Origin: an uncultured Chloroflexia bacterium | Lineage (GTDB): Bacteria > Chloroflexota > Dehalococcoidia > UBA2979 | Length of the DNA: 64,000 nucleotides | Reading direction: 5' to 3' | NCBI GenBank assembly: GCA_963728205.1 | Contig: CAVSIV010000006.1 | Span: 320,001-384,000, forward strand | Shown: positions 30,347-39,438 of the stretch, piece after piece | How positions within the stretch are numbered: position 1 is the first letter of the stretch | How the letters are laid out: each line of letters starts with the position of its first letter | Translations under genes and position numbers: made by a program | The notes under the pieces: generated by a model | What the model saw: only the letters and a program-made list of their open reading frames with translations | Database searches by the model: none | What the model was told of the DNA's origin: nothing

Positions 30347-30862
30347 TCAGTGGCTGCAATCGTCCCGACTGCCGGGGATCAGCGCTGCCGGAGAGAGCGT
30401 CACGATGACGTGCTCGTCGCGGACGCGGACGGGATAGCCGTCGAGGCCGCGCGGCGACGGTCCGAAGACCCGGCACCCCGTGAGCTCGTAGGTCGACCCG
30501 CTGCAGGGGTCACGGAACCAGCCCGTCCCGGGCTCGTCGTCGAATTTGAAGTCAGGGCGCCAGGGCACCGTGCAGTGCCGTGCCGGATGCGAGTCCCTCG
30601 CCGAGAGGGCGAGGATCGTCCCATCCTCGAGATGCACGACGTGGAAGACGATCGTTGCGGGCGACAGATTGGCCAGCGGGACGGGGTACCCGCCGGCGGC
30701 GCTCCGCCCGACTTCGTGACCGTCGGCGTACGCGATCGTGGTGACCGTTCCGAGCGGGAAGTCCGAAACGGGACCGGCGTCGAACAGTCCGCTGTGACCG
30801 CCGCCACAGGCGGCGATGGTCACGACCACGGCAGGGAGCGCCACCGCGAGCGTGAGCCGCAT
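30347..30862 (-). CDS. Rieske-fold lipoprotein lacking Fe-S ligands
   Basis: Lipobox TIAAC; DAGPVSDFPLGTV; ALSARDSHPARHCTVPW; WFRDPCSGSTYELTG.RVFGPSPRGLD. Confidence 0.7.
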   Translation of the reverse strand: MRLTLAVALPAVVVTIAACGGGHSGLFDAGPVSDFPLGTVTTIAYADGHEVGRSAAGGYPVPLANLSPATIVFHVVHLEDGTILALSARDSHPARHCTVPWRPDFKFDDEPGTGWFRDPCSGSTYELTGCRVFGPSPRGLDGYPVRVRDEHVIVTLSPAALIPGSRDDCSH

Positions 30863-31071
30863 CCACCACGGCCGTCGCCGGTGCGCGCTGGCCGGGTCCG
30901 ACCCCTCGCGGCGGCTGGGTCATGGACAGCCGCCGGGGCGTCGGACGGAGGACGACGACACGGTCCTCGGAGGGTCCCTCTCTATGGCAACTGCATGATG
31001 GCGTCGTGCAATTCATGGCTCCCCTGTCGGTAGAGCTTGCCGTTGAACTCGCCATAGCCCTTCGCACTCAA

Positions 31072-31644
31072 TCATCTGGCTCGAAGCATTCGCGTGAATG
31101 CCTGCGGACTGTACTCGTGACTGGCCTCTCCCAGGACGACGCCGTTCAGCAAGGTGTCGAGGGTGCGATAGATAACGGAGAAGAACTCACCTGACCACGA
31201 ACCGTCGCGGCCGGGGTGAAGGGTTGCATCAGGGATGGACTGTTGCTCGATCTGGCTGAATGCACCCGGATGTGACATGACCGCGCGTAAGAGGTCGTTC
31301 TTGTCGAGATCCAGCCCCACGATCACCAGGCCGTTTCGGTACCAGCCGGTGATCTCGCCTGCGAGTTGAGGCAGCGAGCGCTTGTCGACGATCACACCGG
31401 ACACGCCCGCGGGCAGCCGCTGCCGGGCTTCGTCCAGTGACGCGCTCGTGATTCGCAGTTGGGCACCCGACGGCAGATGGAGGGTTGTGGCCGTCACGTT
31501 CCAGAAGGTCGGCTCCCCGCCGTCGATGGTCGTTGCGGACGCGCGCATACGCGGAACGGTCAGCGCAGCGGCGATGACTGCCAGCGCAGCAAGAGTCACA
31601 GGGATCGACGCTCGTGCCTTGTTGGGGACGCGGTCCGCGTTCAT
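31072..31644 (-). CDS. Secreted hypothetical protein
   Basis: Signal peptide ending RASA; 190-aa ORF. Confidence 0.6.
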   Translation of the reverse strand: MNADRVPNKARASIPVTLAALAVIAAALTVPRMRASATTIDGGEPTFWNVTATTLHLPSGAQLRITSASLDEARQRLPAGVSGVIVDKRSLPQLAGEITGWYRNGLVIVGLDLDKNDLLRAVMSHPGAFSQIEQQSIPDATLHPGRDGSWSGEFFSVIYRTLDTLLNGVVLGEASHEYSPQAFTRMLRAR

Positions 31645-32151
31645 GCGTTCACGCTAGAAGTCGGGTCCGTCGCCCGCCTCGGCCGCGCGGGCGATTTCTT
31701 CCCTCACTCCGGCGATGGACCCCGAGGCCCGACGAAGGCGCACAGGGCCACGGGCCCCGATCCGGGTGCTCGAGCCTAGAGACCCGGCGGGGGCCAGGTC
31801 ACGAAGATCGCGCTCCCGTCCGGAGTCCAGCGGACGAGCGGCTTGCCGCCCGCATCCCCATCGATGGGCGCGACGGGCGCGGTGCGCTGGACGCCCGTCG
31901 CGAGGTCGACCACCACAATCTCGTACACCTGGCGGTAGGTGTGCGCCGCCGATCGCGCGAACGCGACCTTCGTGGCGTCGGGGGAGAAGACGCCGATGGC
32001 GGCGTCGCGCAGGCACAGCCCGTCGGGTCCGGCGAGCGGGTGCTCGACGAGGATCCCGCCGCACCCCGGCGCGTCCGAGAGCAGCGCCGCGGGCACGCCA
32101 CCGGCGCGTGCGATCCCGTGCTCGTCGGGACGCGCGCCGAAGAATGCGCCG
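31563..32151. repeat. Segmental duplication of 39225..39813
   Basis: Near-identical DNA including the 3' end of a propeller gene, the intergenic region and an MNADRVP start. Confidence 0.9.
31776..32151 (-). pseudogene. C-terminal fragment duplicate of lipoprotein 39439..40850
   Basis: Shared ...VFSPDATKVAFAR...WTPDGSAIFVTWPPPGL. Confidence 0.8.
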
Positions 32152-32244
32152 GATTCGTGCAATCCGCGGAGGAAGATCGCGTGTGGACGAGGGTAACCCC
32201 TTCGGGTGAGCAGGGCCGGGCCTCTTCGTTGTTGACGGCCTGTC

Positions 32245-32264
32245 GTTCTCGCGCATATACGTCA
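32245..32264 (-). promoter_or_regulatory. Degenerate operator-like motif near LuxR 32359
   Basis: Minus strand TGACGTATATGCGCGAGAAC. Confidence 0.35.
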
Positions 32265-32358
32265 TCCTCAGGGGGCCCGGCGCGAAAACCTAGCAGAAGC
32301 CAATGCACTTCGCGCCTCTCCCCGCGGCGGAGGGCCGGTTAGCCTGCAAGGATTCGTC

Positions 32359-32571
32359 ATGACGCTCCCAGCCGTTACCCCCGCCGAGATGAAGATCCTC
32401 CTGTGCCTACTCTCAGCAATGGCCCCGAAACGAATCGCTGAGCAACTCTGCGTCAGTGAACATACGGTCCGCACGCACATCAAGCGCTTGCATGCGAAGT
32501 TCGGCACTCACTCGGTCCCGGAACTAATCCTCACCGCCAGCCGGAAACCACCTCAACCTCCTGCACATTGA
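32359..32571 (+). CDS. Small stand-alone LuxR-type HTH regulator
   Basis: VTPAEMKIL...IAEQLCVSEHTVRTHIKRLHAKFG. Confidence 0.75.
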   Translation: MTLPAVTPAEMKILLCLLSAMAPKRIAEQLCVSEHTVRTHIKRLHAKFGTHSVPELILTASRKPPQPPAH

Positions 32572-33405
32572 AGACGCGCGATGGGTTGCGACGGGAGCCT
32601 CTCGCTGCGGAGTGCCAGACCATAATCGGTGCAGCGAGTCGGCGGATCACCGCTAGTAACGATCTGGTGGCGGATGTGACGCTGTGTGCCTCATCCGCGG
32701 GGGTGTCCCTTACCGCGTAGCGCATTACAGCCGGCGTTGTTTCATTCTCAGGCATGCTGCAAATTACCTTGCAGTATTATCGCTGCCATACTGAAGCCTC
32801 ATGGATGTACGGAAGAGCGCGGCCGCTCGCCACAGAACGGTGTATTCGAGTCTCCAGCGACAAGAGCAGGCGCGGGAGACATCCGCCTCGGTCTTCCGGG
32901 CCGCATCCAGCGGAATTTCGTGAGTACTGATCGGACCCGGCGGGAAGAGATGACTCCGCGTCGTGGCCGTTCATGTCGTTCGCACGGCGGCTACGCGGAC
33001 GGGTCTCAATGGCGCGCTTATCAGACGACATGTAGCTGCTTCGCGGCGCGACTGTGCGAGCGCCTCCAAGCGGCTGCCGTACAGCGGGCCTGGCGGCGTG
33101 ATGTGCCTACCCCGCTGTGAAGCGAGACTGAGCGCGCCCCGAGTGCAAGCCGACGCCCGAGGTTGACCAAGTGAAGGAGCCTCAGGCTGCTCGGTCGGCG
33201 GAAAGCCGCGCGTCGACCCGAGGGACGGTCAGGAATTCGGCAGGGGCGTGCCGCGAGGCGAGAACGTCCCTATAGAGACCTGCCGAGTGAAGTATCGCCG
33301 GCACTGAGTATACCCAATCCTGGGGACGTCAGACTACGGACCATGCGATAGCTTCCGAGTCACGCAGGTGCGACGAGAGGTGTGTAGGACTTCCGGTAAG
33401 GACCC

Positions 33406-33660
33406 GAAACGGTGGAGGTCGCCGGCCTCGTGGTCTGCCGGCCGCGGCCGCTTACCGCCCGCGGCATCGTGTTCCTGCTGCTGGAGGACGAGTTCGGGAT
33501 GGTGAACGTGCTCGTGAGCCGCGAGCTCGCGGCGCAGGAACGCGACGTCATGCACTTGGCGCAGTTCGTGGTCGCGCGCGGTGAGCTCGAGGTGCGCGCC
33601 GGTGAGCAGCGCACGCTCGCGGCGACCGCTCGGCGACGACGGCCGCTCGACCTGACCCCC
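33406..33660 (+). pseudogene. dnaE2: C-terminal OB-fold remnant of error-prone polymerase DnaE2
   Basis: VEVAGLVVCRPRPLTARGIVFLLLEDEFGMVNVLV. Confidence 0.7.
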
Positions 33661-33863
33661 GGAAACCGATCCAGTCGCAAAGTAAGGAAAGCGGCTGCTG
33701 GACCTGAAGCGACTATTCATGGGTCATCCCGAAAGAGGAGAAGGGGGATCGCAAATAGACCGACTCAGATACTTCGGAAGCCACAGTTCCAAGGACTCCG
33801 AGCCCAAGACAGTTCTTTGAAACCACGATGTCCTGAATCCCACTACGCGAATTGAGGGGTGGC

Positions 33864-34643
33864 GTGCTACTAGGAAAGAAGACAATAACAACCATCGCCG
33901 CGTCATCGTGGTATCGCGGCTGGCTTCTGCTAACGCTCACCGTCGGGGCGCTGGCGGGCCCACAGACAGCTCAGGCCTATCACGGGAGAATCGCTGTTCT
34001 ATCCGGAATCTCGGCGAACGTCTGGAATGGAGAATGTTACTACCCGTCGCAGAACTCCACGATTTGGGCACCTTGTGGCACAGCGGGGACGCACTCAGGT
34101 ACCTATACGCCGTTTGATATTGGGAACGGTAATCCGGACCATTGGATCTTCTTCCAGCTCGACTATCTTCCGTCCAACATCGCCGGTGGCTACGTGAAAG
34201 CGTACCAAGACAACACGAACTGTGCGTCATACAGCGACACATCGCCGAATTGGAACGGTCACAAACTCGTTGTGGAATTTCAGTTCTACAACACCAGTGG
34301 GCAATACGTAACCTGGGCGCACGCCGTCTACCAGCACGTCGATACCGAGCGTCTTCCGGACAACACATGGAAAACATGGAACAATCCATATTCGTCCGCG
34401 CCCATGTGGGGTTCACCAGACTACACCCTGAACAACCTTCAGAACGGCGGAGTCTTAGTCGCCGACATCGCCGCGAATGGCTATGCCTCGGGGAGTATTG
34501 GATGCTCGACGGACGAGCACGTACACCAGGAAGGCAACTACTACTCCGAATACAATTACAGTCGGTACTACAACGAGGCGGTGACGGATCGCTGGTCTGA
34601 CATTTTCTACTACGCGCAGCCAGGAATTACCGGGACCTATTAA
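33864..34643 (+). CDS. Secreted divergent M23/LytM-like metallopeptidase
   Basis: Signal peptide AQA-Y; TH...PFDIG, VYQHV, CSTDEHVHQE (cf. STGPHLHFE). Confidence 0.55.
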   Translation: MLLGKKTITTIAASSWYRGWLLLTLTVGALAGPQTAQAYHGRIAVLSGISANVWNGECYYPSQNSTIWAPCGTAGTHSGTYTPFDIGNGNPDHWIFFQLDYLPSNIAGGYVKAYQDNTNCASYSDTSPNWNGHKLVVEFQFYNTSGQYVTWAHAVYQHVDTERLPDNTWKTWNNPYSSAPMWGSPDYTLNNLQNGGVLVADIAANGYASGSIGCSTDEHVHQEGNYYSEYNYSRYYNEAVTDRWSDIFYYAQPGITGTY

Positions 34644-35206
34644 TGATGACACGGTTCATGAGACTAGCAGCGCAACTACCCACTCTACAAGCGTCATTGG
34701 TAGCGCTCGCTCTCGCCGCGATTGTTGGATGGGTCGCATTCGGACACGCGACACACAGTGGCGCCGAGGGTGGAAATCACGGGGACGATCTGGCCCAGAA
34801 ACGGGCGAAACTCGAAATGACGCCCACGGATCTGTCCAAGGCCATCTTTAAAGATCGATCAACAGCACCGACGCCGCTACCAAACCTCTCACGGTACAAG
34901 AATGAACAATGGTACTTCGAAGTCTCGAACTACGATGATCGGGAAATCCCCGAGGCAGCTAAAGCTGCCAATCCAGCACGCAACCCCGCATGGCCTTCAT
35001 TCATACGATGCATGCAAAGCCATGGAATTGGGTCGGAGGTGGCGAACCCAGAAGCGGCCTCCCAACAGGATGTTAACAGCATCGTGCTAGCGGTGAACAA
35101 GTCAGGTCCATTCTACGTGGGAGCGACGAAAGGCCTCGAGTATCGAGCAACGCCAGCTTCGGATGCGTTCCTAGGATGCGAACCTCTGTTGTATCCGACA
35201 CGATGA
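34643..35206 (+). CDS. Secreted/membrane-anchored protein coupled to M23-like gene
   Basis: TAATG overlap; N-terminal hydrophobic helix; two Cys. Confidence 0.7.
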   Translation: MMTRFMRLAAQLPTLQASLVALALAAIVGWVAFGHATHSGAEGGNHGDDLAQKRAKLEMTPTDLSKAIFKDRSTAPTPLPNLSRYKNEQWYFEVSNYDDREIPEAAKAANPARNPAWPSFIRCMQSHGIGSEVANPEAASQQDVNSIVLAVNKSGPFYVGATKGLEYRATPASDAFLGCEPLLYPTR

Positions 35207-35223
35207 AACGTGAAAAGTTCATG

Positions 35224-35254
35224 GGTGCCCGGCGAGAATACCTTGCCGGGCACC
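35224..35254 (+). terminator. Stem-loop (terminator or processing site)
   Basis: GGTGCCCGGCGAG-aatac-CTTGCCGGGCACC. Confidence 0.55.
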
Positions 35255-35298
35255 GTCGCGTCTAGGATAAACCTAGCCTAGCACTCGAAGCGAGAACT

Positions 35299-35982
35299 AT
35301 GCAGACGGAGAACCCGAAGCACAACCGCTTGCTCACTCGGCTCTCACGAATCGTGCTACTGACTACGGTGGCGGCGGTCCTGGCGTCATTTATATCCTGC
35401 ACAGACTCCGGTGGGACTAACTCGAGTGAGCCGACCTCAATTCAAGCTACTCAAGCAACCAGAACTGCGCCAAGCGCAACTCTCTCCGTTGTCGGCGGAA
35501 GGAGCCGTCGAACCGGTATCATCAGCGTGGATCGAATCATTGATCTCATAGAGAGCAGGAGCGTGGATGGACTTCTCCAACTCGTGCAATATCGGAAGAT
35601 GGCCTGTAGTGCACGAACGGTCGACCAAAGAGCACCTGAATGTGCGGTTAACGAGCCTATTGGCACCCTGGTCGACTCCCTGCCGGCAGCGTCATGTGAA
35701 GGCTATTTCGCCCGCGATGCACGACCGTTGCTCGAACTTGTGGTCAGAAACGAACTCTACGCAGTTGCGAGGATGCCTCAACTTCCTGGCTTAGACCCGG
35801 TATTCCCAATCGGACAGTACCGAGTCGTTGTAGCCTCCAATTTGGCGGCGTCACCAACAGGTTGGGCGGTCTTGATTGAAGGCGACCGCATCGTTGGGCT
35901 TTGGTCGAGCTGCGGACATCCAAGGGAACTGCTTCGCATCGGAAACGACAACCCGGACCTGTTGCTTGGCCCGTTCGAATAA
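35299..35982 (+). CDS. Lower-GC lipoprotein with one Cys-rich module
   Basis: Lipobox FISC; RTGIISVD...Y..MAC...APEC...GTLVDSLPAASCEG. Confidence 0.7.
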   Translation: MQTENPKHNRLLTRLSRIVLLTTVAAVLASFISCTDSGGTNSSEPTSIQATQATRTAPSATLSVVGGRSRRTGIISVDRIIDLIESRSVDGLLQLVQYRKMACSARTVDQRAPECAVNEPIGTLVDSLPAASCEGYFARDARPLLELVVRNELYAVARMPQLPGLDPVFPIGQYRVVVASNLAASPTGWAVLIEGDRIVGLWSSCGHPRELLRIGNDNPDLLLGPFE

Positions 35983-36035
35983 GGCCATACCCGGCCGGAC
36001 TTTGCTGATCTCGACCTGCTCGAGCGGACCCCGGA

Positions 36036-36315
36036 TGAATCGCCCCGGGTTTGATGGAGACTCAGTTCATTGAGTCCCGGCCTCCGCCAGGACCTGCGCA
36101 GGGTAGTGGTTGGCCTCGTACTCGGCGGGTGGGACGTAGCCGAGGGCGCTGAAGAGGCGGCGGTGATTGTACCAGTCGACCCACTTCAGCGTGGCGAACT
36201 CGAGGTCTTCGAGGCCGCGCCACGGTCCTTGCTTACGCACCAGCTCGGTCTTGTAGAGCCCGTCCACCGACTCGGCCAGCGCGTTGTCGCAGTCGCCACG
36301 ACTGCCCACCGAGGT
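36036..36315 (-). mobile_element. IS3-family right end with transposase C-terminal fragment
   Basis: DNALAESVDGLYKTEL...WVDWYNHRRLFSALGYVPPAEYE; end TGAATCGCCCCGGG. Confidence 0.85.
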
Positions 36316-36855
36316 CACCACCCCCGCTTCCGCGAGTCAATCAGTCTAGCGGATCGAGAGGTGCCTTGCCGCTGCAGGCGTGTGGGCTCTTTCGGTCGCT
36401 CTTCTCCCTTTCGGGGCCGTCCCCGCGGCCCCTTGGGGCGCTCGGTGTCGGGAGGCTTCGGCTTGGGACTGCGGGGCTGCTCGCGTGCCTCGATGGCCGT
36501 GGCGTCTCGGGAGAGGTGGCCGATCAACCGGTCCTGGTAGGCCTTGCGGATCAACGTTTCGTGAACCCGCTCCGGCAACTGCGTCTGTGCAAACGCGTCG
36601 AACGCGCGGGAGAAGACGGATTCGCTCGGCACCTCGCGCTTGCGCTCCCAGCCGCAAATCCGTCGCAACGGCGCATCGGTTTGCAAGCGGTCCAGCAGCA
36701 TGCGCGTCGTCGGCATGTCGTAGACAGCTTTGGCCACAAAGGCACGGGCAATGGCCGCACGATCCTTCGGCGGGCGCCCGGGGACATGGAAGTGCGCGGG
36801 GTAAGGGGGGATCTGCTGCTCAACGCGGATGAGATCGAGGGTCTCTACCAAGGTA
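36315..36855 (-). mobile_element. IS5/IS1182-like (DUF772) transposase fragment
   Basis: GRPPKDRAAIARAFVAKAVY...LRRICGW...PSESVFSRAF...SRDATAIEARE. Confidence 0.75.
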
Positions 36856-37020
36856 GCTCGTGACGCTCTCCGGCACGAAGCGCTCGAGCGCCCCGAGGTC
36901 GTAGGCCGTCGGGACCGAAGAGTCGTCCGAGGTGCACGCCGCGAGCAACGCAAAGGCAGCGACTAGGGCAAGCACAACGGCCCCGGCAATCCCACTTGCG
37001 ATTGCTCGTGGCTCCGGCAC
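36856..37020 (-). pseudogene. Truncated N-terminus of a Rieske-fold lipoprotein
   Basis: Lipobox LLAAC then YDLGALERFVPESVT (cf. DLGPAARYPAGSV, DAGPVSDFPLGTVT); cut by transposase. Confidence 0.5.
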
Positions 37021-37023
37021 CGA

Positions 37024-38856
37024 TCACTCTCCCCAATCAGGGCCGCTGAGCCATGGGGCGTCGGCCAGCCTCGGCTGGAGGTCGAACGCCGCGCAGTCCC
37101 CGCCGCCGCCCGCACCAATCAAGCGGCCCTCCTCGTCGAAGCCGAGCCAGCCGGCCTTCTCGAAACCGAACAGAGCCGCGTATCGAGGTGCGTCCACCCC
37201 GAGGTCGACGACGCCAATCAGGTGATCGAGGAACATCGAGGCGTCGAAGCTCTTCACGCGGTACGTGATCGCGGGATCGATGAACGACGCCTGGTCCGGG
37301 CAGCCGCCGAACACAAGAGCGTCGACGAGCGTCCCGGCCTCGACGCCTGATGGGCAGGCCGGCGGGACCAGGATCCCTGGTGCGGGATCGACGACGCACG
37401 GTCCCTCGGTCGTCGTGAGCAGCGCGGCGAGCTGCGCGCCGTCGTGTGCCAGCGCGGCGCCGATCGCCGCCTGCATGTCGCCGGGCAGACGGTCGCGGCT
37501 CTCGGGCGATGATGTCGGAGCCGGGGTTGCAGTCGCCACCGGCGTCGGCGTGAACGGCGGCGTATCGGCGGTCACGCGCTCCGCCGACTCGGCGATGCGC
37601 CGCAGCTCCTCGAACGGCAGGGTGTCGCTCTCGAGCATGGCGACGAGTTCGCCCTCGCGCCAGGCGAGCCGCTCGACCCCACCTTCAGCGTGGTGGTAGC
37701 CGTCCTGGCCGCTGACGTCGACCGGCTCGCCGGCGCGGAGTGCGTCGGGCACGTCGACGCGCACGCGCTGCTGGAGCAGCGCGTAGCCTGCACCGCCCGT
37801 GGCGCTGAGCAGGCTCCAGGCGCCGACGAGCTCACATCCCGGGCCGGATTGCGCACCCGCCGATCCCCCCAGGAAGCCCTCGGGCGCGTACGAGGGCCGC
37901 AGGAAGCCGGCCGGCGCCGAGAACCCGGGTCCGCCCAGCGGGCCGGACGAACCGCCGCACTCCGCGGCGGTCATCGACTCGACCTTGCGAGCACCGGGCG
38001 GTGGCTCGAAGCGCAGCAAATCACCGTCAATCGCGATGCCGTGATCGAGAGTCGTCACTTCGAACAGCGCCGACTGGTGGCCTTCACCACCGTCAATCTC
38101 ATGACGCATGACGAACATCAGGTTGGTGTCGACCCAGATCCGCCCGACGCCGCCCGCCGTATGCTCTGGCGACGACGGCGTCGCCGTGCCGGCTGCAGAG
38201 CCGCCGGGCCGCGGCGTCGCGGTCCCGACGGGTTCGACCGCCTCGCCGTCGTCGCCCCGGGAAGGCGCGGTCGCGGTGGCCGCCGAGCCGGAGCGCCAGA
38301 CCGGGCGATACTCGATCACGCGTATCCCGCTCTGCTCGTCGTCGCGCAGGGTCACCTCGGCGCCGGTCTCGCGGTACCAGTCCGCGAGCTCCTCGACGCT
38401 CGATGCGTTGGCGGGACCGATGAGCGTGCTGAAGCCGGCGGGCGTCGGGAACATCCGCAGCTCCTCGGGGATCGGCGGGAGCCGCTGGTACGTGTCGGTG
38501 CGGCTGTCGTAGGTCCAGACCTCGTCGCCGTCGGCGACCGTGGTCACGGTCCCGGCCTCAAGCGGTGGATCGAGGTACTCGATCTCCCGCCGCCAGTGAT
38601 CACCGTCGACCTGCCACCAGCGCAGCCGCGTCTCGGTCGCCTCGCGCGAGCCGACCGCGATCTGCCAGCGCGGAGGCCGCGCGTCGTCCTCGACGCGGGT
38701 GGAGACCTCGGCATAGAAGCCCGCGTCGCCGGCGTCGCCCTGGGTGCAGGCGGTCGTGAGGACGACGAGCACCACCAGGAGCGCGCTGGCGAGCGCCACG
38801 CCGGGGCGTGCGAACGAGGGTCTCGATCCCACCACTGCCGGCTTCAGACGCGGCAT
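37024..38856 (-). CDS. Lipoprotein: LolA/RseB-like N-terminal region plus C-terminal Cys-rich module
   Basis: Lipobox LTTAC; TTVADGDEVWTYD...RIWVD...LLRFEPPPGA; last ~155 aa match the C-terminus of 7873..9895. Confidence 0.7.
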   Translation of the reverse strand: MPRLKPAVVGSRPSFARPGVALASALLVVLVVLTTACTQGDAGDAGFYAEVSTRVEDDARPPRWQIAVGSREATETRLRWWQVDGDHWRREIEYLDPPLEAGTVTTVADGDEVWTYDSRTDTYQRLPPIPEELRMFPTPAGFSTLIGPANASSVEELADWYRETGAEVTLRDDEQSGIRVIEYRPVWRSGSAATATAPSRGDDGEAVEPVGTATPRPGGSAAGTATPSSPEHTAGGVGRIWVDTNLMFVMRHEIDGGEGHQSALFEVTTLDHGIAIDGDLLRFEPPPGARKVESMTAAECGGSSGPLGGPGFSAPAGFLRPSYAPEGFLGGSAGAQSGPGCELVGAWSLLSATGGAGYALLQQRVRVDVPDALRAGEPVDVSGQDGYHHAEGGVERLAWREGELVAMLESDTLPFEELRRIAESAERVTADTPPFTPTPVATATPAPTSSPESRDRLPGDMQAAIGAALAHDGAQLAALLTTTEGPCVVDPAPGILVPPACPSGVEAGTLVDALVFGGCPDQASFIDPAITYRVKSFDASMFLDHLIGVVDLGVDAPRYAALFGFEKAGWLGFDEEGRLIGAGGGGDCAAFDLQPRLADAPWLSGPDWGE

Positions 38857-39306
38857 CAGTCACCCCCTTCGACGGGTCGAAGCGCCGCGGCGAGCGCGAC
38901 GAGTTCGTCGGGGGGAAAGCGGGCGCTGAACACCGCCGCGGTGCCGCCGACGGTGACGCGCAGCTCGCCGACCTCGCCCGCGACGCACAGCTCCGCCGGC
39001 CCGAGCGACGTTGTCACTGCTTCGAGCACCGGCTCGGGCGGCTCCTCGCCGGCCGCGCGCGCGGGAGGCGGGGCGCTCTCGATCGGCGGGTCGCAGACGA
39101 GCCGCGGCGGCGTCTGGGCGGGGCCGAGGCGCAGCTCCGCCGAGGGCTCGCGCGCCTCAGCACCGGCCGAGTACTCGATGCGCGCCTCCTGGCCGGCGGC
39201 TCCACTGTGCCAGCCGGCGATGCGGCGCAGCGGCGATGATCGCCAGTGCAGCGAAGGTCGCAAGGATGGAAGCTCGTGCCCCCTTGGGGACGCGGTCCGC
39301 GTTCAT
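38856..39306 (-). pseudogene. Chimeric remnant: MNADRVP signal peptide fused out of frame to an unrelated C-terminal fragment
   Basis: Homology to the 31644 start ends ~39225; downstream frame ends PVEGGD with TGATG overlap. Confidence 0.5.
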
Positions 39307-39438
39307 GCGTTCACGCTAGAAGTCGGGAACCGTGCCCGCCTCGGCCGCGCGGGCGATTTCTTCCCTCACTCCGGCCATGGACTCCGAGGCCCGGCGAAGG
39401 CGCACAGGGCCACGGGCCCCGATCCGGGGTGCTCGAAC

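Noticed and set aside
32580-33400. ncRNA or small genes in the long intergenic stretch (also 26960-27750)
   Set aside because: No recognisable RNA motif or credible ORF by eye; needs Infernal or RNA-seq
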